64,000 bases of DNA from an uncultured Pseudomonadota bacterium (lineage in GTDB: Bacteria > Pseudomonadota > Alphaproteobacteria > UBA9219): NCBI GenBank assembly GCA_903869345.1, contig CAIPYM010000024.1, positions 3,703 through 67,702 on the forward strand, read 5' to 3'. The position numbers were made by a program, and so were the translations under genes. The notes under the pieces were generated by a model that was not told the origin of the DNA, did no database searches, and saw only the letters and a program-made list of their open reading frames with translations. Every line of letters starts with the position of its first letter. The first letter of the stretch is position 1. Shown in pieces: positions 1 to 9,306 of the stretch.

Positions 1-487
1 GGGCGCTGTCGTGCAAGAAGTGCGGCGGCAATTCCGTGAAATCAAGGGGATCATGGACGGCAAGGCGCGACCCGAGTACGGCCGTGCGGTGGACCTTCTG
101 ACGAAGGCGGCGATTCGGGAAATGATTCTCCCCTCGCTGCTGCCCGTTGCCGCGCCCGTCGTGCTCTACTTCGTGATTTTAGCGATCAGCGGGCAGGAAG
201 ACGCCTTCTCAGCCGTCGGCGCGATGTTGCTGGGAACGATTGTCACGGGGCTTTTCGTGGCGATTTCCATGACGTCGGGCGGGGGGGCCTGGGACAACGC
301 TAAGAAGTACATCGAGGAAGGTCACTTCGGCGGCAAGGGCTCGGACGCTCACAAGGCCGCCGTCACAGGTGACACCGTGGGCGATCCGTACAAGGACACG
401 GCGGGCCCGGCGATCAACCCCCTCATCAAAATTGCCAACATCGTGGCCCTCCTCCTCCTGGCCGTCCTTGGCCACTTGGCAGCGTAA
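1..487 (+). CDS. hppA: K+-insensitive H+-translocating pyrophosphatase, C-terminal part (5' end outside window)
   Basis: ORF runs off the window start; conserved V-PPase C-terminal motifs [22 protein letters not shown] and the terminal TM helix. Confidence 0.85.
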   Translation, partial: GAVVQEVRRQFREIKGIMDGKARPEYGRAVDLLTKAAIREMILPSLLPVAAPVVLYFVILAISGQEDAFSAVGAMLLGTIVTGLFVAISMTSGGGAWDNAKKYIEEGHFGGKGSDAHKAAVTGDTVGDPYKDTAGPAINPLIKIANIVALLLLAVLGHLAA

Positions 488-511
488 AGGTCAACGCGTT
501 GAACCTGGATC

Positions 512-549
512 GGGGGCGGTTTGGCGTAACGCTGAGCCGCCCCTTCTTT
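512..549 (+). terminator. Putative rho-independent terminator downstream of hppA
   Basis: GGGGGCGG ... CCGCCCC stem followed by TTCTTT, 25 nt after the hppA stop. Confidence 0.4.
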
Positions 550-570
550 CAGCATGAATGTTTATGGCTC

Positions 571-1095
571 TCACCCCAAATGGGTGGGTCTTCCCACCTG
601 ATAGAATGAACGAAGGGGTGAGGATTTTCGGATCAGGAGTCCTTTTGTTTCAGTGGCCGAGCCCTGGATCATCGCGATGAGCACCTTGCCGTCGAAAGTC
701 AAAGTTCTGGATGATGGCCTGCGTTGGGGAATCGAGTCGATGTTCTCGGACGTCAAATCGATGAACACAATCAGTGTGCAACGAGGACCTCGTCCTTCAA
801 ACCAAGCATGTGGACTTCCGTCGATCTGAATGAGCTCGCCGAACCTTGGGCGCCGCGCACGGCTTTGGAAAACGCGCGCCGCTCGCCGCGCTTTCGGACG
901 ATGCAACCCCAGCCGGATTTGCGTCGGCCGGATGGTCTCGCGTGAGACCCGGAGGCCGTCCAACGCCGCCAGCTTTTCCGCCGCCAACGTCGCCCCAAAG
1001 TCCGGGTATTTCTCCCGCAAAAGGTCTTCCAGACGGATCCGCTCGGCCTCGGGCATCCGGGTTCGGCGCACGCCGCCCTCGTCGCCGTGCGACAA
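571..1095 (-). mobile_element. IS remnant: N-terminal fragment of an ISNCY/IS1202-like DDE transposase (truncated or frameshifted)
   Basis: N-terminal 120 aa (LREKYPDFG...LAAEKL, FGELIQIDGSPHAWFEGRGPRCTLIVFID) resemble IS1202-group transposase HTH plus start of DDE core; the rest of the ORF is not transposase-like and no terminal inverted repeats were identified. Confidence 0.5.
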
Positions 1096-1298
1096 GCCCC
1101 TTGTCCCCCTCCTCGCGCCATCGCCTCACCAGCCGCTCTCTCGCTCCGCCGCGCTCATCACAAGCTCCCCTTCCTGCATCTCCGTCCCCCTCAAAAAGAG
1201 GACATTCCTATTTTGCGCTAACACAGGCTTGGTGGGCCGCTTGACGATCCCCGCTGAACGCGCCATGGTGCCCGCGCCTTACAGAATGCAGGAACGTC

Positions 1299-1517
1299 AT
1301 GGCCAAGGAAGACCTTATCGCCTTTGAGGGTGTCGTGCAGGAGCTCCTGCCGAACGCGACGTTTCGCGTACGCCTCGACAACGGGCACGAGATTCTCGCG
1401 CACACGTCCGGCAAAATGCGCAAGAACCGCATCCGCGTTCTCGTCGGCGACAAAGTTAACGTGGAGATGACGCCCTACGACCTGAGCAAGGGACGCATCA
1501 CGTTCCGCCACAAGTAA
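1299..1517 (+). CDS. infA: Translation initiation factor IF-1
   Basis: 72 aa, full-length match to IF-1 S1-like fold ([13 protein letters not shown]...RITFR). Confidence 0.95.
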   Translation: MAKEDLIAFEGVVQELLPNATFRVRLDNGHEILAHTSGKMRKNRIRVLVGDKVNVEMTPYDLSKGRITFRHK

Positions 1518-1798
1518 CGTTGCACCGTGCCCCTCGGCGTCCGCGCACGCCTTTCACCTTCTCGCCCTTGACCTCGCGCCGCCCGTGCCCAACGTTCCTC
1601 CTCCCTCCCCTGCCGTTCCCTCCGCCCGCCGCATGTCCGCCGAGCTCGCCCGGAACGAGCGCCTCGCCAAGGCCTTGCGCGCCAACCTCACGGCCCGCAA
1701 AGCGCAAACGCGCGCACGGCAAGCGACCGAGGCCTCCTCACCCGACAATCCCCCAACGCCGACTTCTCTTCCCTAACGCCTGAACGACGAGCCGCCCC

Positions 1799-2353
1799 AT
1801 GTCCCTGATGTCCGACCGCTGGATTCGCGAACACGCCCTTGAGAACGGGATGATCACACCGTTTGAGGAAAAACTCCGCCGTCAGGGTGTCATTTCCTAT
1901 GGCTTGTCGTCTTATGGCTACGACGCCCGCCTTGCGAATGAATTCAAGATTTTCACGAACGTGGATAACGCCATCGTTGATCCCAAGCAGTTTTCTGAAG
2001 AAAGCTTTGTCTCGCGCACAACCGATGTCTGTGTCATTCCGCCGCATTCGTTCGTTCTCTCGCACACGGTCGAGTACTTTCGAATCCCGCGCGAAGTCAT
2101 GGTGATTTGCCTTGGCAAATCCACCTACGCCCGCTGCGGGCTCATCGTGAACGTCACGCCGCTGGAGCCCGAATGGGAAGGGCACGTCACGTTGGAAATC
2201 TCGAACACCACGCCCTTGCCCGCTCGCGTCTACGCGCACGAGGGCATTTGTCAGTTCATTTTTCTGAAAGCCGATGAGGTGTGCGAAACGTCGTACGCAC
2301 AACGCGACGGGAAATACATGCACCAACAGGGCGTGACTTTGCCCAAGCTTTAA
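1799..2353 (+). CDS. dcd: dCTP deaminase
   Basis: 184 aa; Dcd motifs ([36 protein letters not shown]). Confidence 0.9.
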   Translation: MSLMSDRWIREHALENGMITPFEEKLRRQGVISYGLSSYGYDARLANEFKIFTNVDNAIVDPKQFSEESFVSRTTDVCVIPPHSFVLSHTVEYFRIPREVMVICLGKSTYARCGLIVNVTPLEPEWEGHVTLEISNTTPLPARVYAHEGICQFIFLKADEVCETSYAQRDGKYMHQQGVTLPKL

Positions 2354-2416
2354 CGCACCCTTAGGGAACCGTTCTCCCGACTCCACCGAAAGAAGCGGGA
2401 AGGATGACATCCGGAG

Positions 2417-4276
2417 TTGGGGATGAACGCTCTTGAACGCGGCGCGGCGGTGATCCGCGAGCAGGTCCGGCGTATGCCGGGGCGTCCGGGCGTGTACCGC
2501 ATGCTCGGGGCGAAGGGAGCCGTTCTGTACGTCGGCAAGGCGAAGAACCTTCGCAACCGCGTGGCCAACTACACCCATAGCCAAACGCTGCCGCACCGCC
2601 TGCAACGCATGGTCGCGCAGGTGGTGGGGCTGGAGATTGTCGTGACGCGCACCGAGGCCGAGGCGCTTTTGCTCGAAGCCTCGCTCATTCAACGGTTTTT
2701 GCCGCCGTTCAACATTCTGCTGCGCGACGACAAGAGCTACCCGTTTATCGTGCTGACTCGTGATCACCCGTTTCCGCAAATCACGAAACACCGGGGGGCT
2801 AAGACACGACCCGGCTGGTACTACGGGCCGTTTGTGTCGGCGAGCGCGGTCGCGGAGACCCTCACCCTCCTTCAGCGCGGATTCCTGTTGCGCTCGTGCG
2901 CGGACAGCTTTTTCGCACACCGCACGCGTCCGTGTTTGCAGTACCACATCAAACGGTGCTCGGCCCCGTGCGTCGGAAAAATCACCGCCGAGGCGTATGC
3001 CCAGCAGGTGGACGAAGCGCGGGCGTTCCTGGCGGGGCGCGGCACGGCGTTGCAACAGGCGCTCGCGGCTGACATGCAGGCCGCAAGCGGGGCGCAGGCG
3101 TTTGAACGTGCGGCGGTTTTGCGCGATCGGATCAAAGCTCTGACGGCGATTCAGGCGCGGCAGGACCTTCAAGCCCCGCCGGGCGCGGAGGAATCCGACA
3201 TCATCGCCGTTCACCAAGAAGGGGGCCGAACTGCCGTTCACCTGCTGGCCTTTCGGGGGGGGCGGCCTTACGGAACGCGGAGTTTTTTCCCATTGAACGA
3301 TGAAGGGGCCACGCCCGAGGCGATTCTGGCGGCGTTTCTGAGTCACCATTACGCTGACCAGCCCGCTCCGCCTCTGGTGTTGCTGAGCCATACGCCGGAC
3401 GAGGCGGCGATGTTGGAATCAGCCCTCACGCCTGCCGAGGGGCCGCGGACGCGGCTGCTCGTGCCCGCGCGAGGGGCCAAGAAAAATCTTGTGGAGCATG
3501 CCGCCCGCAACGCGGCCGTGGCACTCGGGCGTAAGGTGGCCGAGGGGACCGAGCAGGCCAAGCTGCTCGCGCGGTTTGCGGAAACCTTCGGCTTGCCTGC
3601 CCCACCCAACCGGATCGAGGTTTACGACAACTCACATCTGGGGGGCGGCCATGCCGTCGGCGGCATGATTGCCGCCGGACCCGAGGGGTTTTTAAAAAAG
3701 ACGTACCGCCTTTTCACGATTCACGACGCGCCGGGTGACGACGTGGGCATGATGCGCGAGGTTCTCACACGCCGATTCAGGCGTCTGCTGGCCGAAGATC
3801 CCGAACGCCGCGCGGAGCTTTGGCCGGACGTTCTGCTGATGGACGGCGGGCAAGGGCAGGTGAACGCGACGGTTGCAACGCTGGAATCGCTCGGCGTTGA
3901 GGATGTTCGCGTCATCGGCATCGCCAAGGGTCCCGACCGCAACGCGGGGCGGGAACATTTCTTCATGCCGGGACGTGCGCCGTTTGCGCTCCCGTTTGAG
4001 GACCCGCTTTTGTATTACCTGCAGCGCCTTCGCGACGAGGCGCATCGGTTTGCGATTGGGGCGCACCGTGCCAAGCGGACTCGCGCGATCGGGCATTCGG
4101 GGCTGGAGGAAATCCCCGGTGTCGGCGCGGTGCGCAAAAAGGCGCTGTTGCTCCACTTCGGTTCGGCCCGCGCCGTCTCTGCGGCGGGCATCGAGGACAT
4201 CGCCCGCGCCCCCGGCCTCAGCCCCGCCCTCGCCCAAGTGATTTACGCGCACTTTCACCCGGAGACGGGGAGGTGA
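2417..4276 (+). CDS. uvrC: Excinuclease ABC subunit C
   Basis: 619 aa; N-terminal GIY-YIG (GVYRMLGAKGAVLYVGKAKNLRNRV), UvrBC domain, C-terminal RNaseH-like and HhH regions. Confidence 0.95.
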   Translation: MGMNALERGAAVIREQVRRMPGRPGVYRMLGAKGAVLYVGKAKNLRNRVANYTHSQTLPHRLQRMVAQVVGLEIVVTRTEAEALLLEASLIQRFLPPFNILLRDDKSYPFIVLTRDHPFPQITKHRGAKTRPGWYYGPFVSASAVAETLTLLQRGFLLRSCADSFFAHRTRPCLQYHIKRCSAPCVGKITAEAYAQQVDEARAFLAGRGTALQQALAADMQAASGAQAFERAAVLRDRIKALTAIQARQDLQAPPGAEESDIIAVHQEGGRTAVHLLAFRGGRPYGTRSFFPLNDEGATPEAILAAFLSHHYADQPAPPLVLLSHTPDEAAMLESALTPAEGPRTRLLVPARGAKKNLVEHAARNAAVALGRKVAEGTEQAKLLARFAETFGLPAPPNRIEVYDNSHLGGGHAVGGMIAAGPEGFLKKTYRLFTIHDAPGDDVGMMREVLTRRFRRLLAEDPERRAELWPDVLLMDGGQGQVNATVATLESLGVEDVRVIGIAKGPDRNAGREHFFMPGRAPFALPFEDPLLYYLQRLRDEAHRFAIGAHRAKRTRAIGHSGLEEIPGVGAVRKKALLLHFGSARAVSAAGIEDIARAPGLSPALAQVIYAHFHPETGR

Positions 4277-4639
4277 GCTCCCCGGCTCCGAGACCCAGGG
4301 CCCCCAAACGAATTCTCAAGCCCAGCATCATGGACAGGGGACGTGGGCTATCCTGCGACACGAGGCCCTGCAGGGGGCGCGACCCTCCATCTCCGGCTCT
4401 TTCCGGTAGTCCGAGAGTCTGTGAACTGGATCGCTTCGCTCGCGATGCCGACGGAGAGGACAGGATAAAAAGGAGAGCCCAATCCCTTTCTCGCGCCCGC
4501 CTTTGCAATCACGCGCACGGCAAGGACTGGAAGAACGCCATCGATCATGCCAGGAGCCCTATTATAGTCCATCCAGGTAAGATCCCTACATCCTGAAACG
4601 TTGGTTTTGAGAGGCGACGGTGAAGCGAACGCAGCGGGA

Positions 4640-4775
4640 CTCCTTCCCCCCTTGAGGGGGAAGGTTGGGAGGGGGGGTCCGCGAGGCGGAGCCGAGTGTC
4701 AACAAAAAGCTTGTTTTTGGAGAGTTTCAAGCCCCCTCACCCTAACCCTCTCCCTCGAGGGGAGAGGGAATCCCG
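4640..4775. repeat. Family B palindromic repeat element (MITE/REP-like), diverged left arm
   Basis: CTCCTTCCCCCCTTGAGGGGGAAGG... and CCCCCTCACCCTAACCCTCTCCCTCGAGGGGAGAGGGAATCCC; same arm sequence recurs at 23701-23830. Confidence 0.6.
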
Positions 4776-4804
4776 CCGTGCAAGGAGGAGAGGACATCCT
4801 CAAC

Positions 4805-4836
4805 TTTTAGGCAGATGGTTTTTTAGGCAGATGGTT
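4805..4836. repeat. Perfect tandem direct repeat 2 x 16 bp (TTTTAGGCAGATGGTT)
   Basis: Read directly from the sequence, about 105 bp upstream of the csoR start. Confidence 0.8.
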
Positions 4837-4921
4837 CCTCATCACCCCTGCAAGACATGTCGAGTTCTTGTTTGGATTGACGATAGAGATCGGCCCATCA
4901 GATCGACAGGGGGCTTGCTTG

Positions 4922-4943
4922 ATCCTATCCAGGTGGATAGGAT
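4922..4943. promoter_or_regulatory. Perfect 22-bp palindrome ATCCTATCCA-GG-TGGATAGGAT overlapping the RBS/start codon of the CsoR/RcnR gene; candidate operator
   Basis: 10+2+10 perfect inverted repeat; CsoR/RcnR repressors bind GC-tract-centred palindromes at their own promoters. Confidence 0.5.
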
Positions 4944-5202
4944 GCGATTCATGCAGCATCGCTCTCACCCTGCCATTGCCGTACGCCTCAAACGAGCCGA
5001 GGGGCATCTACGGTCGCTTATCACCATGATTGAAGAAGGCCGGAACTGCCTGGAGCTGGCCCAACAGCTTCATGCGGTCGAACGCGCCCTTAGCAATGCC
5101 AAGCATGAACTCATCCATGATCATATCGATCATTGCCTGGGCGATGGCGGCACAACAGGCGACGACCTCAAGGACATCAAGCAGCTCACCAAATACCTTT
5201 GA
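4942..5202 (+). CDS. CsoR/RcnR-family metal-sensing transcriptional repressor (DUF156)
   Basis: 86 aa from ATG 4942 (RBS AGGTGGA); RSLITMIEEGRNCLELAQQLHAVERALSNAKHELIHDHIDHCL carries the Cys/His metal ligands; the longer track ORF from 4696 reads through a repeat. Confidence 0.8.
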   Translation: MRFMQHRSHPAIAVRLKRAEGHLRSLITMIEEGRNCLELAQQLHAVERALSNAKHELIHDHIDHCLGDGGTTGDDLKDIKQLTKYL

Positions 5203-5219
5203 CGAGCAGGAGATTCATC

Positions 5220-6191
5220 ATGGGAAAAAGCAAGGTTCTGCGGCAGGCCCATCGCCACGGATGGATCTTTGGTGTGATCGGCCTTCTCGCGGGGGGCTTT
5301 TTGATGGTGTTCGTGCCGAGTCTCACCCCTGTTGCCAACTCTCTGTTTCTTTTTGCTGGCTTTCACATCGTCGGCGCGATTGTGATTCTGGCGACCCTTT
5401 GGTACGGCGGTCTGCGTGACCATTTTCGCCACACCTCGCCCCTCACTCCTCAGTTGAACTTCGGTTGGGACCGAGGATGGACGGTGGGGCTCGCGATTGC
5501 GGCCCTTATTGCCACGGCGTTCGCGGTGGTCCTTCAAGTATCGGCTCCAGAGTGGTGGATTCTGGCCTGTGGGATGCTCCTCATGGGCGCTTCATGGGGG
5601 GTCGGCTTTATCCTGATGTCAGGGTACCGTCATGCCGACCATGCTGTTCTCCCGATGGTTGACCTTCTTTCCGGGGATTCGGACGTCGTCTTGGATGCCG
5701 GATGTGGCGCAGGCCGAACCACACTTGCGCTGGCCGGCGCCTTACGGCACGGCCGAATCGTGGCCTTTGATCGCTTTGATGCAGCCTACATTGAAGACGG
5801 AGGAAGGGCCCTTCTGGAGCACAATCTCACTCTCGCAGGCCTCAAAGATCGCGTCCAGATTGAGACGGGAGACCTCGCGGTTCTGCCGTTTATGGACGCG
5901 AGCTTTAACAGCGTCGTGAGCACGAACGTTTACGACCACCTTGGATCCCAACGCGATCAAGCGATGCGCGAGACGTTTCGCGTCATGGTACCGGGGGGAC
6001 GTTTCCTGCTTGGCATTTCGGTGTGGAGTTGGGCGATGTTCGCCGTCGCTAGTTTTCTGTCTTTCGTTGTCCTGTCGCGTCGCCGCACCTGGCGTAAGCT
6101 GGCCGAGCGAATCGGCTTTACGGTCGACGGCGAATGGATGGTGAACGGCACCTGGTTCGTTCTTCTCAGAAAACCAGAAAGAATCGCATGA
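5220..6191 (+). CDS. Membrane-anchored class I SAM-dependent methyltransferase
   Basis: Start ATG 5220 with GGAG RBS; 4 N-terminal TM helices, then MTase motifs VLDAGCGAGRTTLALA, VAFD, PGGRFLL, then a C-terminal TM helix; stop overlaps the next gene start (ATGA). Confidence 0.7.
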   Translation: MGKSKVLRQAHRHGWIFGVIGLLAGGFLMVFVPSLTPVANSLFLFAGFHIVGAIVILATLWYGGLRDHFRHTSPLTPQLNFGWDRGWTVGLAIAALIATAFAVVLQVSAPEWWILACGMLLMGASWGVGFILMSGYRHADHAVLPMVDLLSGDSDVVLDAGCGAGRTTLALAGALRHGRIVAFDRFDAAYIEDGGRALLEHNLTLAGLKDRVQIETGDLAVLPFMDASFNSVVSTNVYDHLGSQRDQAMRETFRVMVPGGRFLLGISVWSWAMFAVASFLSFVVLSRRRTWRKLAERIGFTVDGEWMVNGTWFVLLRKPERIA

Positions 6192-6931
6192 ACATCCTTT
6201 CGCCTGAAGTTCTGCAGCAGGAAACTCTTTGGCTCCTGCTGCCCACAGCGCTGGTGTTGGGTGCGTTGCACGGACTGGAGCCCGGACACTCCAAAACCGT
6301 CATGGCCGCGTTTATCGTGGCCATACGCGGGACGGCCCGGCAAGCGCTTCTGTTGGCGTTGTCCGCCACCCTCTCGCACACGGCTCTGGTATGGCTCGTT
6401 GTTGCGGTTGGACTGGCCTTCAGCAAAACCTGGCTTACGCCCGAATCCGAACCTTATTTTCAGCTTGTTGCAGCGGTCCTGATGATCGGGATCGGAGTGT
6501 GGATGCTCGTGCGCCGTTTGCATGACCATCATGGGCATGAGCATGCGCATCAGCACGACGACGCCCACCAAGCGGCTCACACCCACAGCCTGAAACAGCA
6601 GCTTCAGGACCAAACAGTCACAAACGGACAGATTATTCTTTTCGGATTAACAGGGGGGCTGATTCCTTGCCCGGCGGCCATTACGGTTCTTTTGCTCTGC
6701 CTTCAGACCCATCGATTCGGACAGGGCATGGCGCTTGTCCTTTCGTTCAGTGTGGGGCTTGGGTTGACCCTGATGGCGAGCGGCCTTGTCGCGGCCTATG
6801 GCCTCCGCTACGCGGTCAAGCATGTACCCCGGCTTGAGGCCATCCTGAAAAAAGCACCGTACGCGGCCAGCCTCATCACCCTCGCCCTGGGGGTGTACAT
6901 GGGCGTTCTGGCGGTCAGAGCCTTCGGGTAA
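6188..6931 (+). CDS. rcnA: Nickel/cobalt efflux permease, RcnA/NicO family
   Basis: 6 TM helices with a His-rich loop HDHHGHEHAHQHDDAHQAAHTH and GLIPCP motif; translationally coupled to the upstream methyltransferase. Confidence 0.8.
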   Translation: MNILSPEVLQQETLWLLLPTALVLGALHGLEPGHSKTVMAAFIVAIRGTARQALLLALSATLSHTALVWLVVAVGLAFSKTWLTPESEPYFQLVAAVLMIGIGVWMLVRRLHDHHGHEHAHQHDDAHQAAHTHSLKQQLQDQTVTNGQIILFGLTGGLIPCPAAITVLLLCLQTHRFGQGMALVLSFSVGLGLTLMASGLVAAYGLRYAVKHVPRLEAILKKAPYAASLITLALGVYMGVLAVRAFG

Positions 6932-6938
6932 GAGGGAG

Positions 6939-6969
6939 CGTTAAGGCCCCTCCCCGCCTTAACGATTTG
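6939..6969 (+). terminator. Putative terminator hairpin after rcnA
   Basis: CGTTAAGGC-CCCTCCCC-GCCTTAACG perfect 9-bp stem; weak T tract. Confidence 0.35.
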
Positions 6970-6998
6970 AAAGAGCAGTGACAGGTCTCAAAAAGGAT

Positions 6999-7126
6999 CG
7001 TCACCCCGGCGAAAGCCGGGGTCCCTGGTTCAGCCGCCCCCGAAAAACGGCTCTGGATCCCGGCTTTCGCCGGGATGACGCGGGAGGGACAGAGCTAAAA
7101 AAAGGGCATTTTGTGCCGTGTCGCAG
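6999..7126. repeat. Family A palindromic element (MITE-like) with conserved tail
   Basis: CGTCACCCCGGCGAAAGCCGGGGTCC ... GGATCCCGGCTTTCGCCGGGATGACG, then GGGAGGGACAGAGCTAAAAAAAGGGCATTTTGTGCCGTGTCGCAG; related copies at 10728, 30530, 53290, 62094. Confidence 0.7.
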
Positions 7127-7167
7127 GATCGCAAGTTCTCGGCTGTCGTTTCTGTCACGAAGGCCGC

Positions 7168-8727
7168 TTACTCCCACTCGATCGTGCCGGGGGGTTTGCT
7201 GGTGATGTCGTAGACGACGCGGTTGATGCCCCGAACCTCCCCCACCAGGCGCGTGGCGACGCGGGCCAAGAAGTCATGCGGGAAGGGGTACGTGTCGGCG
7301 GTCATGCCATCCACCGAAGTCACGGCGCGAAGGGCCAGGACGTTGTCGTAGGACCTCTCGTCGCCCATGACACCGACGGTGCGGACGGGCAACAGGACCG
7401 CGAACGCTTGCCAGATGGAATCGTACAGACCGGCCTGGCGGATTTCGTCGAGGTAAACGGTATCGGCCCGGCGCAAAATGGCGACACGCTCCTCCGTCAC
7501 TTCGCCGAGAACGCGGATCGCCAACCCAGGGCCGGGAAAGGGGTGGCGGTTCACAAACGAATCCGGCAACCCCAATTCGCGCCCGAGGTCGCGCACCTCG
7601 TCCTTGAACAACTCGCGCAAGGGCTCCACGAGCTTGAGGTTCATGCGTGCGGGCAACCCACCGACGTTGTGGTGCGATTTGATCGTGGAGGCCGGGCCGC
7701 CATGCACCGCGACACTTTCGATCACGTCGGGATAAAGGGTCCCCTGGGCCAGGAACGTCGCCCCCGGAATCGTCTTGGCCTCGGCCTCAAACACGTCAAT
7801 GAACAAATGGCCGATGATCTTGCGTTTGCGCTCCGGGTCCGTGACGCCCTTCAGGGCCGCGAGGAACGTTTCACCTGCCCGAACGACGCGCAGAGGAATG
7901 GCATAGTGTTTCCCAAACAAGTCGGAAATCGCGTCGGCTTCGCCTTCACGCAAAAGCCCGGTGTCCACCAAAACGCAGGTCAGACGATCACCGATAGCCT
8001 CGTGAATGAGTGCGGCAGCCACGGCGCTGTCCACGCCGCCGGACAGACCGCAGAGGACTTTGGCCGTGGGGCCGATGAAGGTGCGAAGGCGCTCGACCTC
8101 GGTGGTGCGAAACGTGCCCATGGTCCAGGAAGGCGACAGACCGCACACATCGTGCGCGAAGGCCGCGAGGAGCGCCGCGCCGTCGGGCGTGTGGACGACT
8201 TCCGGATGGAATTGCACGCCGTAAAATTGGCGCTTTTCATCCGCGATGAACGCAAACGGCGCGCCGGAACTGGTGGCGATAACCTTGAAGCCGTCGGGCG
8301 CACGTGTAACGCGATCGCCGTGGCTCATCCACACGGTGGGGTGGCTGCCCACGGGCCAAACGTTCGCGCACAGGGCGCAAGACTCCGTGACAGCAAGCTC
8401 CGCGCGACCAAACTCCCGCGCATGGCCGGATTCAACCGCTCCCCCCAGTTGAGCGCACATCGTCTGTTGGCCGTAGCAAATGCCAAGGACGGGCACGCCC
8501 AGGGTCCAGACGGCGTCGGGGGCGCGGGGGCTTCCTTCGGCCACGACCGAGGTCGGCCCGCCCGAGAGGATGATTCCCCCCGGCCGGAACGCCCGCACAG
8601 CCTCGTCGCCGCAGTGATAAGGCAGGATGGCCGCATAGACGCCCGCTTCCCGCGCGCGTCGCGCAATCAGCTGGGTGACTTGCGAGCCGAAATCGAGGAT
8701 CAGAAGGCGGTCGTTGGGAGGCGTCAT
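7168..8727 (-). CDS. guaA: GMP synthase (glutamine-hydrolysing)
   Basis: 520 aa from ATG at 8727; GATase ([15 protein letters not shown]), ATP-PPase SGGVDSAV, C-terminal dimerisation domain ending IEWE. Confidence 0.95.
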   Translation of the reverse strand: MTPPNDRLLILDFGSQVTQLIARRAREAGVYAAILPYHCGDEAVRAFRPGGIILSGGPTSVVAEGSPRAPDAVWTLGVPVLGICYGQQTMCAQLGGAVESGHAREFGRAELAVTESCALCANVWPVGSHPTVWMSHGDRVTRAPDGFKVIATSSGAPFAFIADEKRQFYGVQFHPEVVHTPDGAALLAAFAHDVCGLSPSWTMGTFRTTEVERLRTFIGPTAKVLCGLSGGVDSAVAAALIHEAIGDRLTCVLVDTGLLREGEADAISDLFGKHYAIPLRVVRAGETFLAALKGVTDPERKRKIIGHLFIDVFEAEAKTIPGATFLAQGTLYPDVIESVAVHGGPASTIKSHHNVGGLPARMNLKLVEPLRELFKDEVRDLGRELGLPDSFVNRHPFPGPGLAIRVLGEVTEERVAILRRADTVYLDEIRQAGLYDSIWQAFAVLLPVRTVGVMGDERSYDNVLALRAVTSVDGMTADTYPFPHDFLARVATRLVGEVRGINRVVYDITSKPPGTIEWE

Positions 8728-8935
8728 GCGCCGTTCTTGGCCTCTTTCCGAAGATCGGTCAAGCAGGACATGCGTTCGGCCAAAGAAAGGGCGTTGGCGA
8801 TGTTGGGGGGGTGTTGACGCGAAGGATGTAGAGCCGACCTCCGATAGAAGGCGCCGAACATCAGGCGTCGAAGGAGGCACAGAAAGGCTCCCTCGCCCTC
8901 CCCCACGGAAGAGAGGGAATCCTTCGGCGTCTCGC

Positions 8936-9256
8936 CTAAAGCGGCAGTTTCATACCCGGCGGAAGTTTGATCCCGCCCATCATTTTCTCGGTCTCGGAAG
9001 CTTTATAAGCTTCCAGCTTGGCGAGGGCGTCACCCAGGGCTGCCGCAACGAGGTCTTCCAGATCCTCGGGCGATTCAGGAGTCATGGCTCCGGGAGCGAT
9101 GACCACTTTGCGAACCGTCGGGACTCCCGACAGAACGATCCGAACCGCGCCGCCGCCCGCCTGACCTTCAATGTCCACCTGGCTCAACTGTTCTTGAAAA
9201 CGCGTGACTTTCGCCTGCATCTCTTGCACTTGGCGCATCATGGCAACGGGATTCAT
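8936..9256 (-). CDS. ybaB: Nucleoid-associated protein YbaB/EbfC
   Basis: 106 aa; [12 protein letters not shown]...[11 protein letters not shown] pattern of the YbaB family. Confidence 0.9.
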   Translation of the reverse strand: MNPVAMMRQVQEMQAKVTRFQEQLSQVDIEGQAGGGAVRIVLSGVPTVRKVVIAPGAMTPESPEDLEDLVAAALGDALAKLEAYKASETEKMMGGIKLPPGMKLPL

Positions 9257-9306
9257 GGGAACACTCCGGAATCAAGGGAGGACGACAGGACGAAGGGACG
9301 CGGCGA

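Noticed and set aside
1585-1776. 63-aa ORF between infA and dcd (internal MSAELARNERLAKALRANLTARKAQTRARQ)
   Set aside because: It has some resemblance to small basic alphaproteobacterial proteins such as DUF4169, but the hallmark FGRTKAE motif is absent, there is no RBS, and it has the compositional look of a GC-rich spurious frame. It is left uncalled.
1688-3391. 567-aa ORF on the minus strand antisense to dcd and uvrC
   Set aside because: Typical long spurious antisense ORF of a high-GC genome. Arg/Ala/Pro-rich with no domain signature, and it fully overlaps two confidently identified genes.
4696-4941. N-terminal extension of the csoR ORF (MSTKSLFLESFKPPHPNPLPRGERE...)
   Set aside because: It is a translation of the family B palindromic repeat (PLPRGERE), and the real CsoR/RcnR start is the RBS-preceded ATG at 4942.
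7111-8817. 568-aa ORF on the plus strand antisense to guaA
   Set aside because: Antisense shadow ORF of guaA, low-complexity Arg/Gly/Ala-rich translation. The same reasoning applies to 51419-52828 (antisense to aspC), 9391-10179 (antisense to fabI), 15591-16454 (antisense to lpxA), 36144-37603 and 37634-38203 (antisense to parE), 46555-47334 (antisense to dgt), 59457-60599 (antisense to trpG/trpD), 41009-42049 (antisense to midA), 33072-34091 (antisense to ispB) and 28815-29795 (antisense to ftsH).
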